A DNA stretch of 63,785 nucleotides, filler included, from Globobulimina sp. (GCA_003354225.1; 45 parts of 45 records of this genome joined end to end with filler, not necessarily neighbours in it), one strand, 5' to 3'. Counted from the first letter of the whole stretch, positions 37,147-50,793 are shown. A program made the numbers and translations. Notes: generated from the sequence alone by a model not told the origin.

Positions 37147-37863
37147 CTAAATATATATTAATATTCTGGATAGCACTGAACATTGATTTGGTGCGGCGGT
37201 CGTGTCCGTATTAGGTGTTATTGTTGTTGTGCCCGTATCAGGTGATGGTGTATTATTGCCACCGGCATCAGCCACGCATTGTATAGTCGTTGCTGAAAAT
37301 GTTCCATCTGCCTGTTCAGCACACATTTGATTACCGACAGGATACTGAACTGAGGAGGAATTATCCGCAGTTCCTGAACACTCTGTATTTGCATAATAAT
37401 TGGCAGTCATTGTTGATCGCGAACCATCACATTCATATTTAAGAGAATAAAAACTGAATATATAACAATAATCATACACGAAATCTGCTGCTTGTGCAGG
37501 AGGCCCGCTATAATCTGCATTATTTTGACAGTCCGCCAATGATGAATAGGAACCATAAACATCATATGATACATAGTCGCATGATCCCATATTACATTGG
37601 GCTGTGTCATAAACTGTTAACGCATCCACCGTCGTTTCTGGAGTTCCCCCGCAAACCGGTGATGATTGATATACACTGTATTTCATTGTATTGCCATCAC
37701 AGTAAGTTTTGCTACTCATTGAAGCCGATAAAAACTCATTACATACTCCTGCTGGAAATGCCATTTTGGTGTCGGAGACAACCTGTTCAACTCCATTGCA
37801 TTGTAATTGACCATATGATATGCTTATTATCGAAACAATAGCACTAAATATTTGAACCAACAT
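37147..37863 (-). CDS. Secreted Cys-rich protein
   Basis: Signal peptide; repeated C...Y....C.G modules; Thr/Pro linker. Confidence 0.75.
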   Translation of the reverse strand: MLVQIFSAIVSIISISYGQLQCNGVEQVVSDTKMAFPAGVCNEFLSASMSSKTYCDGNTMKYSVYQSSPVCGGTPETTVDALTVYDTAQCNMGSCDYVSYDVYGSYSSLADCQNNADYSGPPAQAADFVYDYCYIFSFYSLKYECDGSRSTMTANYYANTECSGTADNSSSVQYPVGNQMCAEQADGTFSATTIQCVADAGGNNTPSPDTGTTTITPNTDTTAAPNQCSVLSRILIYI

Positions 37864-38366
37864 GATGGAGAAGGATAAAAAACTTCGTAACTTAGCGAAG
37901 CCACAAAAACATATTCAAATATGTTATATGACCAGCACAGCAAATAAAGAACACACACAACATTTATACGCAATTATGCATACGTTCCTTGTTTGTTTGT
38001 TTTTTACGCCGAAAGTTTTCGCGAATAAGATACAAGATGGGAAATGCACACAAATCTGAATCACCAGCGGAAAGATTAAAGCCTGATAGATTTTTGTTGG
38101 TTCGAATGTGAATTGAATCAGACACAAATCCCACAAGGCGCATCCATATTTTGCAGCTCTTTCTTGATGGTTGGTATACAACAAACGATCACGATTGGTG
38201 TATTTGGTTTATCGACAGTGGCATTTACTTTCTTGGGTGTACTNNNNNNNNNNNNNNNNNNNNNNNNNNNNNNNNNNNNNNNNNNNNTTAATTAATTAAN
38301 NNNNNNNNNNNNNNNNNNNNNNNNNNNNNNNNNNNNNNNNNNNAATGATTTATAGATATATGTAAT

Positions 38367-39192
38367 TTAACTATTTTTCTGTCCGTAGGCTTGTACAGTT
38401 TTGGCGATTTGGGAGAAATCGTCATCCAATCGGTCTAAATCGAGGGTGGTGGACGATAACTGTTTTTTGTGTGCGCCCTTTTTATTTGCTGTATTGATAT
38501 TGTGTGAATTGGAATATTTGGGGATTTGCAAAGGTTGCTCAATGTCATTGCCATCGACTTCTAATTGTTTTTTAACAGAATCTAAATCGAATTGTGATAA
38601 ACGTGAACCTAATTTCTTTTCGGCGCGGTGTATTTTGTCGCTCATTTGGGCGGTTTCGTCAATTTTGTCCCCCAATGTGCCCTATGTAGATTATTATTTT
38701 TTGCGTTAAACTGAGGGATCGAAGGACTGTGAGGCTGTGTACCTTCATCATTGATATCTGCTCTTTAAAGATGGATAAATCAGTGGTTAGGTCTTGGACT
38801 TCGTTGGTTTTGTCTTGGTATTGTTCTTGAAGTAATTGATGGTCATTCAATAAGTCGTCGTAAGTGGCTCTATCAATAAAGTGTGAATGTCCTTTTCTGC
38901 CCTTTAAAATGTCATAGATTTCAGCTAATTTTTCTAATATTTCTTCGGAGGTAATAATGCGGATTGGATTTAATACAAATATGCCACGGCCATCTCCTCC
39001 TTTGGTGGTGAAATATTTCTTACCGCCATAGGTTCCATTATGTCCGCCGGATATGGACGGTCCTTTTAATTCGACTCCAAAATATTTATTCTCTTCATCC
39101 CACTCTACTTGTCCATGATAACGGATTACACCGATTCCTTGTGATAATAAAACAATATCCCCTTCTTGTGGGGTTCGTGGCGAAGACGACAT
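38367..39192 (-). CDS. CAP-Gly domain coiled-coil protein
   Basis: GVIRYHG...YFGVEL...GGHNGTYGGKKYF...GIFV. Confidence 0.9.
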
Positions 39193-40283
39193 TGTCTCTG
39201 TACTTTCAATTGTAAAAAAAAACTTACTTAGATTAAAATACCAATCATGTCAACATTAAAAACAAATTAAATTTCAATAAAGCACAAATGATATTATTAC
39301 CATTTTTAACTGGCATCTCAATACATTTACTTATTTGCCAAGGAGGTATATTTATATTGAGAATAATGTATAATCACATTCCCAGGTTCTTACATCCAAA
39401 TTGAGATTAAGAACATGAGAATGTCAGATAGTATGAAGAGAAAGTAAGTAAATATTAAATTAAATAATTTATCAACAAAATATATAGCTACACCACCATC
39501 TGCACATATAATTGTTGATGGTTCTATTATTTCGTTAGTCCTCAATTTTGACACACAGAGTGAATGTACAGTTGACACTGAATCTGTTGGCCTTGAAGAG
39601 AATACTTACGGAGCTAACATCGGTGTTGGCTGTTGTAATGACGATGTCCCTCCGGTCGGTACNNNNNNNNNNNNNNNNNNNNNNNNNNNNNNNNNNNNNN
39701 NNNNNNTTAATTAATTAANNNNNNNNNNNNNNNNNNNNNNNNNNNNNNNNNNNNNNNNNNNNTGATGGCGCCACGCACCAGGTCGGTGCTAGGACACTTA
39801 CGTCCCGGGAATGAAGGACCCAATCCGGTGCCGGAATAGCAAAAGTTAAATGACGGCACATAATTAAAACAATGTTTAACATGATGTTTGTGAAATAATA
39901 ATCAATTATGTGATGTGTATCTGTTATTTTTTAATAAAATTTATTCTTTTGTGCATAAAATTAGTGTTATTTCATATTAATTCAATTAACCGACTAAAAT
40001 TAGTGATGCCAAAGCACTCAGTGTTTATTTAATGAATAATAGCTAATAATAGGGTATCAGAGATGGAAGTATTATGCTATTTATTATCTCTGGGGTTATA
40101 TTCAAGGGGATTAGTAACTCATATACATGGCAGGGCGATCCCTCTATTGTTGCAGGTGGGTCGGACATTCTTGTACTTAAGCCGATTATCCTAAGGTCTT
40201 GAAAACAAAGATGAGTTCTATTGTATCCAAGTCAAATATCGTTGGCGTATTACTGTCAGTCTCTGGTTCTTCTCCTGTGTGCG

Positions 40284-40572
40284 ATGGCCGATTTCGGGTC
40301 TCCTATCTTCAAGTTAAATTCAAAACTCAAGCCAACTTTACTGACGGTAGAAGACACAAACGACCCAAATTTGATTTATCAGTACACTTATCACAAACGA
40401 CTTGAAGGCGGATCTGTTCACAAATATCGTTGTACAAGATGTCAAGCAGCTAGACCTTTCGGCGCAACTCTTGAAGGATCGGTGAAGTTAAGTGAAATTG
40501 ATGGCAAATTGCGTATTGTCAGTGATGTTTCAGAAGGACATGACGTCATGTGTGAATCGATGACAAAAGAGG
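40284..40572 (+). CDS. CCHC-type putative DNA-binding domain exon (nematode-like)
   Basis: YQYTYHKR....KYRCTRC...H..MC, followed by a GT donor. Confidence 0.45.
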
Positions 40573-40769
40573 TATAGTTAACCCATATCAGTTATAGTTC
40601 ATTATGTGTAAAAGATCAACTATGGGGTATTTTGGGTATAACAGTCGTTTAAAACTATTTATTTTTCTCAAAGGAGATGTCTGAGTACCATAATTTCACT
40701 TCCTCATTCCTACCGTATGCTATTTCGTAAAAAGTGCAATTTGCGACATTTTTTGATTTTTTTTGCAGA

Positions 40770-41020
40770 AACGGACTTTCGCATTAGATTCGTATGCCAA
40801 AAGTAACCCTAGATTCATATTTTAATATAGGTGATCAATAAATTGTGTCATTGGCGGAAATCTATATTGCATTGAAAGGTGCCAATAGTACATATGTAAA
40901 TTTGAGTATACATACAGTCTGCGGAAGTTCGTGACCTGTTATGGTTGGTAACTTTTTATGAGTTAAACATGGATCTAGGGTTACTTTTTGCTTAGGAATT
41001 CATTTTTAATATCCATTTTG
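40770..41020. mobile_element. Palindromic MITE-like repeat
   Basis: AAAAGTAACCCTAGATTCAT (40799-40818) vs inverted copy 40969-40988 (19/20), with degenerate extension. Confidence 0.6.
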
Positions 41021-41432
41021 ACGTGGGATTAGTTGTTAAAGGGTAATTACGATTCTACCCATTTCGGCCCAGGTGCCAGTANNNNNNNNNNNNNNNNNNN
41101 NNNNNNNNNNNNNNNNNNNNNNNNNTTAATTAATTAANNNNNNNNNNNNNNNNNNNNNNNNNNNNNNNNNNNNNNNNNNNNTTTTGCGTTGTTATGTTGA
41201 TGTTTGAATTTGTACGCATGCAGAATATTGTCAAATCAGCGTGTAAATGGAAAGATGAATACACAATGATCTGCCTTCTCAAATCTCGCGAAAATGTGAC
41301 AGAATTGTTGTAATATCCATATGCAACAACTACATAATATAATATTGAAATTCTAGAACGCATTGCTAGTATGTTCAAATATGAATCCCAAAATAAGCTT
41401 TTTTTCACAAGTGTGTCTGAATTAGATCAATC

Positions 41433-42372
41433 CATGTCTGAATTAGATCAATCCAAATCCCATCACAATGGAGGCACTAAACTGAACAATAATGAAGCTG
41501 GGACATCTGCCATGTCAGCATTATTAATAGAAGATGCCAATGCATATAATGCACCAAAACCAAAACAATCTGCAAAACTAAAATATATAAAATCGCATGT
41601 ATTGATTTTTTTGTTGATTGTAGCAATTACTGCTTTTTTATCAAATATTGACAGAATTATTGGTTATTTTTCAGGTCTTTCATCAAAAGATGATCATAAA
41701 AACATTGATGATTTGAGTGATGCCTTTGATATAGTTGTAGTGGGTGGGGGAGCCACAGGTTTGCATAGTATGCATTTTTTAGATCAACACGGAAATACAG
41801 TGTTGAACGAAAGATATAAAAAATTATTGATTGAGCGTTTGCCGCGTATTGGTGGAAACACTTTAAGTCATTCAATATCTTACAATCACAGCACTATTGT
41901 TTTTGAAATGGGAGCGATGCGGTTTTTGCGAAATAGCTATTATATTTCTCGAATGATGAAAAGAATGAATTTATGCGATGAAATGGTTCGAATGGATGTA
42001 CAAAATGGGTCAAATGGATATTATTATTACAGGAATGAATGGATGCAAATGGACAAAGCAAATTTGACAAATTACTGGTTTTCGTTATACAATTTTGATC
42101 AGCGAGAAAAAGATTGGTTATTGAAATATCAAGAAACGTATTGGATAATAGCACCATTTACAAAATATATCAAGAGAATAATAATGGAGCACCGCCCACA
42201 AGTTTGCTGCGTCACTTTTTGTTTTTGCTGTACATGTTTATTTTGATTAATATACAGATTCTGAAGAATGGTATTTATTTCGAAATAATTGGACTTTGCA
42301 AGGGATTCCATTATGGGATTGGTCGTATGAATCATATTTGAAGTATTATTTGAATTATTCATTAGAGTTTTA
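41433..42372 (+). CDS. Membrane-anchored flavin amine oxidase-like protein, partial
   Basis: TM helix; DIVVVGGGATG, IERLPRIGG, FEMGAMRF; second exon ends in a premature stop. Confidence 0.85.
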
Positions 42373-42949
42373 AGTGATGGTATATTGATTGCATCAGAAC
42401 CTGTGGTATCTGAGGTATTGAGCCAAATTGAATTGTTGTTATTGCCGTTAAATTATTCATTGCCAAAGCCATTGGCAGCATTCTCGCAACCTTTGGGTAC
42501 NNNNNNNNNNNNNNNNNNNNNNNNNNNNNNNNNNNNNNNNNNNNTTAATTAATTAANNNNNNNNNNNNNNNNNNNNNNNNNNNNNNNNNNNNNNNNNNNN
42601 TGTTGTTGCGTTTTCGAAATAAAAGCTTGTGTTTTGCACAGTAGAAAAGCTTAAAAAGCTTAATTTAAATTAAAATTAAAAGTAGTAGTTAGGAGTAGCG
42701 ACACAGTCTCACGTTATAATTTTGCCTCTTTATGCAATAGCAAACTTGAAAAAAAGTCTATATGCAGTAAAGGGACTCTCTAGCGGGCCTAAGGTGGTGA
42801 CGTTAAAACTGGAGTGTGATTTTTCTCAACCAATTGAGTTTTTGCGAAGAAATGATATGTTAACAAATTAAAATTAATAGAAAATGTACTTAAAATACAA
42901 CAAATCAAAAATAGAGAATAAAAATTAAATAAATAAACAAATAAAATAA

Positions 42950-43919
42950 GATACAGAAAAGTTGGCAATTGCTGCTTTTAGACAGGCATATGGCACAACA
43001 AAATATAAGCAATCGAAATTATTGCTAAATAGTACTATTTGGTATGTAGAGATACTACCATTTATTGAGCAGCATAGTGATGGAAAGTACTATGTATTAT
43101 CGCAAGCAATGCATCATCACTTAAAATTTGGTTGGCAGTTAGGAATAACCAACAAAAATAATTCAAAATTAAATCAAGAAACATACGCAGATGATGCAGG
43201 AGGGAGAGTGGCAAAATTAGCGATTGCCAAAGAACTAACAAATGATATGTGCAGAGGGAAAATTGTTGGCTGGATGTCGGATTTGAATGGGTATGTTCCG
43301 CTTTTTGTGAGACCAAAAGAGATTGATCCAATCACAGGAGAGATTTTGCAATGGCGGGTAATTAGAGATGGTTCGCTTGGATCTGATAAATATCCATCCA
43401 TAAATATGTTAACTGGAGATGATAAAGCAAGGATTAAATTGTTCCATGTAAAGGAACTAATCAATTATTGCTATGTATTTTATTTATTATGGGGCAAAGG
43501 ATTTTATTTAGCTAAGACTGACTTAACGTGGGCGTTTAGGCAGCTTCCTTTGGCTGTGACTGAATTGAAAAACTGTGGATATCGGTTTGATGGCAAAACG
43601 TTGGTGGATTGCTATGATTTTTGGGGAACCAGAACAGGTTCAAAACACACACAAGATGTCGGTCAATTAGTGTGTAGATATTTTAATATTAAAATTAATG
43701 GAATACAATTATTAAATGATATAAATATGATATCGGAGAAAAATAATGTTATTTATTTTTATAAGAGATTCATTAATGAATTAAAAAATGAAAACATAAT
43801 GGATTAAAATTAATGGCGGCGAATACTGATATGTTAAATATGAAAATATCGTTTTCAGAATTTAATATGTTAAAAAATGCAGGTTTCTTTGCAAAATTAA
43901 TGGAATTGAAATTAAATTC
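42950..43919 (+). mobile_element. Divergent DIRS/Ngaro-like reverse transcriptase fragment
   Basis: PLFVRPK...WRVIRDGS...SIN...LAKTDLTWAFRQLPL...GYRFDG....D....WGTR. Confidence 0.75.
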
Positions 43920-44019
43920 NNNNNNNNNNNNNNNNNNNNNNNNNNNNNNNNNNNNNNNNNNNNTTAATTAATTAANNNNNNNNNNNNNNNNNNNNNNNNN
44001 NNNNNNNNNNNNNNNNNNN

Positions 44020-45338
44020 TGCCACCAAAAACACATAGATCCAGACACAAAAAAAAAGCCTCTTTCTTAGCCATAGCAAGCAAAAAATCAGCGCAATCTT
44101 CCAAAAATAGAAAAGGCCGCAGCCGCCGGACAAAATCCATCCTAATCCTTAAGGAAAAACCTCGCAAACACGTCCATAATTTATCCAATGCATTTTTCTC
44201 GTCCTCTGCCTACAAACACGAGGACCAAATCAAATTAACCAAAAGTACAGCAAATAAAAAGCGCCTTTCTATCCACAAACGATCGTCCAAATCAGGGATG
44301 AAATTATTCCCTTCGGCCATTAATATCGCATTGCCGACGGATAATAGTTTGATGAAACAGAGCCAGACCAGTCCCATAAACGGCTCCTTCAGTCCTCTGG
44401 AATTAGACACAAAACGTAAACAGAGCAAAGAGCGGTTTTTGGCTCCGTTATCGCGTCAGATAACTTTATACAAATTACCGGCAGAAAAACATAAGGTATT
44501 ACCATCGCATCTGAACCCGGACAAACATGGTTGTACCACCTCATTACCCACCAATTTTTCCTACGCCTCGCTGGTTTATAACGAGTTGCAACAACGGTTC
44601 CAAAAACGCGGCAAACATTCGCCGATTTCATTGAAATTGTATGAAGAATCGGTGCAGAAACACGAATCGACATTGTTGGAGATATTAAAACAAACAAACG
44701 ATAACAATGCCGACGTGATTGATACTATCATCAATGCGCGGTGCGACGTATTATGTCATTTCTTGCCGTTGATTGCGTTCACATTATGTCAATGTGATGT
44801 AAATGAGTGGAAAATGAAATTATTGCATAAGTTCCGCGACCGCATTGTCGGGCAATCGGATCTACGCCAAGCTGTCCGCTTCTTTATAGGTGCGTATAAT
44901 GCCTAATTATATAACACAACAATAATTTATAACATGTCAGGCGCGTATAGCGACATTATGTGCGTCAAGTGCGTATTTGCCGGGTTGTGTCCCGACGGTG
45001 ATCTAGATATCGATATGGCCGATTGCAAGGACTCCGAAAGCAAGAATATCGACAAGGATGTAGTCGGCTTTTGGTATAACATTGCCAGCAATAAACACTT
45101 GCAGGACAATGATTATTTTACCATCGGTATGAATACGATGATCCGCGACCCGGTCAAACAGTTATCGTCGCCGTTGCGACGGGTCTTGGTGCGGAAGATC
45201 ATCAATTCCAACAGCAAGCCATTACTGATCGACTGCTTTGCATTGGATAAAGGCAACGGAGAGTTTTTATCCTCGACTTGTATTCTCAAGTATGGCGACG
45301 ATCTGCGGAAGGACAAGAGTTGTATGTTGGTGTTCAAA
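44020..45338 (+). CDS. PI3/PI4-kinase-like protein, partial
   Basis: INSNSKPLLI...ILKYGDDLRKD. Confidence 0.8.
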
Positions 45339-45475
45339 NNNNNNNNNNNNNNNNNNNNNNNNNNNNNNNNNNNNNNNNNNNNTTAATTAATTAANNNNNN
45401 NNNNNNNNNNNNNNNNNNNNNNNNNNNNNNNNNNNNNNAAACTGAAACACATCAATTTCATACATTTTTGATACA

Positions 45476-46267
45476 GATTATGACAGCAATACAGTAAACA
45501 AATCGGTATCTATCACTGCCGATGCAACACTATCAGAGTCAGATGAGATTACCGCAAAAGATTCGAATACTACCCTTTCAATTTTCAGTGACACAATGAG
45601 GAGAACCGTAACCAGTGGACACAGTGCGTTGGGTGGCATTGACGAAGAGAAAGAACAAAAATATGCAGATGACAATGCACTTTCAATTTCACCAAAGTTG
45701 TCACATCCACCGAGTCTAAGAATGGAGCAGTTTTTAGAGGAAGTTTTGGATGGAATTGATGTAACTGCCAACTCAACGGATAAAGCGATCGATATAGCTT
45801 TTACGACATTGGATATGCATTCAGTATCACGCAGTGGTGGCACTGAGGCGTTTATGAATGGCGTATCGTGTGACGCTATAAATACAATTGAAACAATGGC
45901 TACATCGGAATATAATTATAATGTTAGGCAAAATTTAGCAAATCGGCGGAGGTCCAATTTAATTAATAAACATATTTCAAAGTTAACATCGTTGTTTGGA
46001 CAAAGATCAATTACAAAACAATTGTCACAGATAGTGGATGACGAAAAGTGTCAAAGTGAATATGAAATAACCAAACAAGAACTGGAAAAAATGGAATTAG
46101 CCAAAAGTATTCAAATTGCGCATTTTATTACGATATCATGTTTTGCTGTGAATGAAATATTACAATTAAATTCTCAAAGTATTCAACGATTTAAAAAAAC
46201 AAACTATTTTACTGCTTTTAACCAAAATGTGAATTTGAATCAATTAATACAAGATATTGTGTTATAA
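45476..46267 (+). CDS. C-terminal exon with RGS-like tail
   Basis: AVNEILQLNSQSIQRFKKT resembles RGS helices 7-9. Confidence 0.45.
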   Translation, partial: DYDSNTVNKSVSITADATLSESDEITAKDSNTTLSIFSDTMRRTVTSGHSALGGIDEEKEQKYADDNALSISPKLSHPPSLRMEQFLEEVLDGIDVTANSTDKAIDIAFTTLDMHSVSRSGGTEAFMNGVSCDAINTIETMATSEYNYNVRQNLANRRRSNLINKHISKLTSLFGQRSITKQLSQIVDDEKCQSEYEITKQELEKMELAKSIQIAHFITISCFAVNEILQLNSQSIQRFKKTNYFTAFNQNVNLNQLIQDIVL

Positions 46268-48549
46268 TTTGTATATTGTAATTATTTATATAAATTGATG
46301 GTGTGTTTTGTTTATGATTGTTAATTTTTGTGTTTGTTTAATATCACGTTTTCCATTTTCGCTGAGTTTTGGTAAAATACTAAAAATAATTCCATGGGAA
46401 AACACATAAATATAAACATAACAAAAACAAAAGCACAGTTTAAGTACACTTATGAACCAACGATGAACCATGGAATACAACAAGTTTTCGCTGTATTATC
46501 CATTTGTTTTCCTGCTTTTGTTTTGTCTCTATTCGTTCTTTTATATTTCTTTTTTTTAGCATTTTTTTTATCTTTTTTGTCAGGAGTTTGATGCAACAAA
46601 GGCGCTGTTTCATTTTCAACTTTTTTTTCTGCCTCTTTCTCATCATCATATTGTTGTTGTTGTTGATTATGAATTATTGAATTTTTCCATTGTTCCATTG
46701 CTTTAACAGATAATTTATTGTTTGTATCCATTTTTATTTGCATTTTTAACCACTTTTNNNNNNNNNNNNNNNNNNNNNNNNNNNNNNNNNNNNNNNNNNN
46801 NTTAATTAATTAANNNNNNNNNNNNNNNNNNNNNNNNNNNNNNNNNNNNNNNNNNNNACTAAATTACGTTTATTATCAGCAAAAAAAAACACAAACACTC
46901 GATATATATATAATATATTTATAACAACAATCACCACTAAAAGTACAAAAACAAACAAACAAAACAAAAAAAAAAGCTCGACTACTGTCCGAAAACATTA
47001 CCTAATATAACAACAAAGATAACACGCTTATCTTGTTGCAAATTTATGAATAGTATTTTTTAATTGTGTCTGTTTATCAAATGGTAGAAACACAATAAAC
47101 ACAAATTGTTTTCAAGACTGCATATGGTTTCAATTAATTGTCAGATGACAGATCGTTAACTAGAAGTGCGTTATAATAAATAATAAAATGTACAAAAGAT
47201 TTTAATAAATAAACAATGATTACAAATCACCACAAATAGAAGAGATTCTCCTCTGTAATTGTAATGTAAATATGCCACGAATTTATAGTGCTGACTGGTT
47301 GAGACGGAATTAAACTAAACCTCCTAAAGAGGTATTTGGATTTGGTGCGATCGAATGAGATGTTGATGAATGTAATTAATATAATAATAATAAAGCGAGG
47401 CCAGGGCAATGCATAATAAGCACCTCCTGCAATGCAAGCTCCCGTTACACATAGAAAAAACCAAATAGTAAGCTCTGTCATTCAAGAATACTAAATAACA
47501 AGAATATGTAACCAAGCTGAAAACCTTGTTCAGTTTGTATTGACTATTGATTGAGCAGCAAAGCTCTTAGTATGTTGTTCCTGATGTGCTAATTAGTCTG
47601 TTTGCCAATTTTAAGCAAATTTGATTTCATTAATGTTTGTATTTGATATAAATTTCAGCAACATGTAGAAACCCAATGGACAATAAAGGCGAAACAACGA
47701 CCACTCACAATTTTAGATTAAACGCATCTAAATACGATTTATGGATGATATTGATATTAAAACTGTCGCCTAGCTCAAGCAGAGCACTGGATATCGATAG
47801 ATATATCCAGAAGATTCAGGTTCAAATCCTGAGGCGACCGCGACCGCGACAAACCTATTCAAATAAATGAATTGAGAAAGAAAATGAATTTGGAGAAATA
47901 AATGGATTTAGAAAATTGATTGGAATTAAATTGAGAATGCTAGGAATTGAAAAAAAAAATGAATTGGAATTAAAACTTAAGAGGGTACAAGACCCTGGAA
48001 CCCTTGGGAAAAACACTCTGCGACTGCGAGTGCAAAGTAAGTACTCCCTCAAAAACTTCAAAATTGAATGGCTGTTATCTTTGCCAAAAAATAAGTAGGC
48101 AAATTCGTAATGCTAATTCCTTGCATGTATGTTAGTGAAGTACTTTGTGTAAAAATATAAAGCAGTTTAAAGGAACNNNNNNNNNNNNNNNNNNNNNNNN
48201 NNNNNNNNNNNNNNNNNNNNTTAATTAATTAANNNNNNNNNNNNNNNNNNNNNNNNNNNNNNNNNNNNNNNNNNNNTATTATATATATTACTAGTATTAT
48301 TTGTATTTTATTCATTCAACCTCATACAAAAAAAGCATAATAAACAAAATTAAAGATACATAATTTAAAAAACAAATATGTAACATACAAAAGACAGAGG
48401 TTGAAACCAAATTGAATATAAAATACAAATAAGGAGGAATTAAAAAAAAACAAAAAGGTATTTTTTATAATTCAGAATACAAAAGAAAAATGCAAATGTT
48501 TTTAAACAGAATTTGTTTGGTTTGTTTTTAATTTTCCTTAGCTTTTACT

Positions 48550-49595
48550 TTATTGATCTCGTCCAAAGGACTGAATTTTCCCACCACCACCAACATGCAT
48601 TAATTTATTTGGATTTTTGAAACAAAATGAAATGGAGAGTCCCAAAGACATGCAACACACCGCCAATATACATAACTGTATAATCACAATCATAATATTC
48701 CATTGCGACGAACCCGATGGTTTGCCCAATGAAAATATCCCCGAATACGACGCAGCCACATCATCGGCACATACTCCTTCATCACAATCCTTGACACAAT
48801 CCCGGCCATTACACTCTGCCACACATTTATTATCATAAGTTACACCGTCACAACAATACGGCTCAAAATATTTTGGACAGTCACAGCCCAACGACCCACA
48901 CGAACCAACCTCACAATCTTCCTCATAATCCTCCTCTGCACATTCAGCCAAACACTTATTGTTATAATCATCCTTTTCATTACAACACACTGCTTCATAC
49001 TCACGCGAACAGTCACATTCCTCGCTACTGCCTCTGCTCTCACACGTACCCTTACTGCATTCAGCTGCATTTTCACAATCCGCATCACACTGCGACGCAT
49101 AATCCACACCGCCACAACACACAGGCAAATACACCAAGGCACAGCCACATGGATGCGACTCTTGACAGGTGCCTAATATACAATTTTCATCGTCAATTGC
49201 TGGCGGCCCAAATCCTGCACACTCCGCATCACAGTGACTGTCATAATCTTGGCCTACACCCTCTTCATCAGTACAACAGATTGGATCATGTACAAATACC
49301 AGCGGACAAATACAGGCTTCTTCACCACAGTTACCCGCATCACATTTGACTCTCGGAAAAGTAATACCAGCGCATTGAGCTTCGCACGGATTGGCATACT
49401 CAACGCCCCAACAACAATATGGGTCTTCTTCCTGCGGACAAACACAATCAAACACACATTTACCTTCCACGCAATCCTGCTCTACATCCGCTACACCGGC
49501 TGCTTCAGCTAAGCATACATTGTCATATGTTAACTTTATATCCCATTTATCACTGCAACAGACCGGAGCATAATAACTCGAACACGGTACTACCC
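48550..49595 (-). CDS. Kazal-like repeat type I membrane protein
   Basis: About six repeats of C.C....P.CC.G..Y.N.C.A.C; C-terminal TM. Confidence 0.85.
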
Positions 49596-49695
49596 NNNNN
49601 NNNNNNNNNNNNNNNNNNNNNNNNNNNNNNNNNNNNNNNTTAATTAATTAANNNNNNNNNNNNNNNNNNNNNNNNNNNNNNNNNNNNNNNNNNNN

Positions 49696-50722
49696 TATTT
49701 CTAATAATTTTATCTACTTTTCCTTGTTCTGGTTTAGTATTGAAAGTCATTTCAACAGAATTAGCATATTCTTCACATTTCTTTCTTGAGAATATAAAGA
49801 ATAATGCTGGTAATAATTTCTTCTTCTGTAAATGTTTTAATAAGTTATTGACTACTACTTTTCTATTTGTGAAATTGTTTTTAAGTTTTTCATTTGCTCT
49901 TTTTACATTTTGGACTGTTGCCAAATTACTGTCATTAAAAACACCTTTGTTACTTACTAACTCAATCATTTTATTACTCTTATTGATGATTATATTATTA
50001 TTTCCCAAATCTTTTGATTTCTTTGGAAACCTACTTGAATAATATAAGTAATGAGTTAATGGAATAATACGCTCAGCTTTAGGAATCCAATGGCAAGGTT
50101 TTTGTTTAATTTGCTGTAGCCATTGTGCCATTGTATCTGCGTTTCCAATTGTAGCTGATAATAATACTAAATTAATTTTTTGAGGCAGTAAAACGAGTGA
50201 TTCCTCCCATACTTTTCCTCTATCTGTATCGTTAATATAATGAACTTCGTCAAATACAACACAATCAACATCTTTTTCAATATCAATATCTAAATCTAAT
50301 TTATATTGTATTTTTTGATTATCATATGATTTTTTATAAAGTAAGTTTCTTAAAATTTCGGTAGTCATGATGAGAACCGATGCGTCAGGGTTGAATTTAA
50401 CATCACCTGTAAGAATACCGATATCACAAATACCTTTAAACTTCTTTTTAAACTCATAAAACTTAGCATTGGAAAGTGCCTTAATTGGTGATGTAAATAT
50501 ACATTTTTTTCCTGCCGCGATTGACTTACGAATTGCATAGTTTGCTAATAAAGTTTTACCAGAACCAGTTGCTGCTGTAATTAAAATATTTTCATTTTGT
50601 CTTAATTTTTCAATACCGTGTTTTTGAAAATCATCTAAAACATATGGATATTTTGCGAATTCTGATAATAGTTCTTTATCTTCAGTTTTATGTTCGTAGT
50701 CTAATAATGATAAGGAGTTCAT
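49696..50722 (-). CDS. Ski2-like DExH RNA helicase, N-terminal part (giant-virus-like)
   Basis: ATGSGKT, SPIKALSN, TGD, MTTEIL, DEVH, LSAT, FIFSRKKCE; intronless; lacks the eukaryotic N-terminal extension. Confidence 0.9.
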
Positions 50723-50771
50723 AATGTTATATTGTAAGGATAAATAATAATACTTAAAATAAAATATCTAA

Positions 50772-50779
50772 TCAATTTT
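50772..50779 (-). promoter_or_regulatory. AAAATTGA Mimiviridae-type early promoter motif
   Basis: Exact octamer ~50 nt upstream of the helicase ATG, in a ~70-nt intergenic gap. Confidence 0.65.
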
Positions 50780-50793
50780 AATTAAATTAATGA

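Noticed and set aside
46858..48176. Short ORFs in this contig
   Set aside because: No recognisable motifs; cannot be supported as genes.
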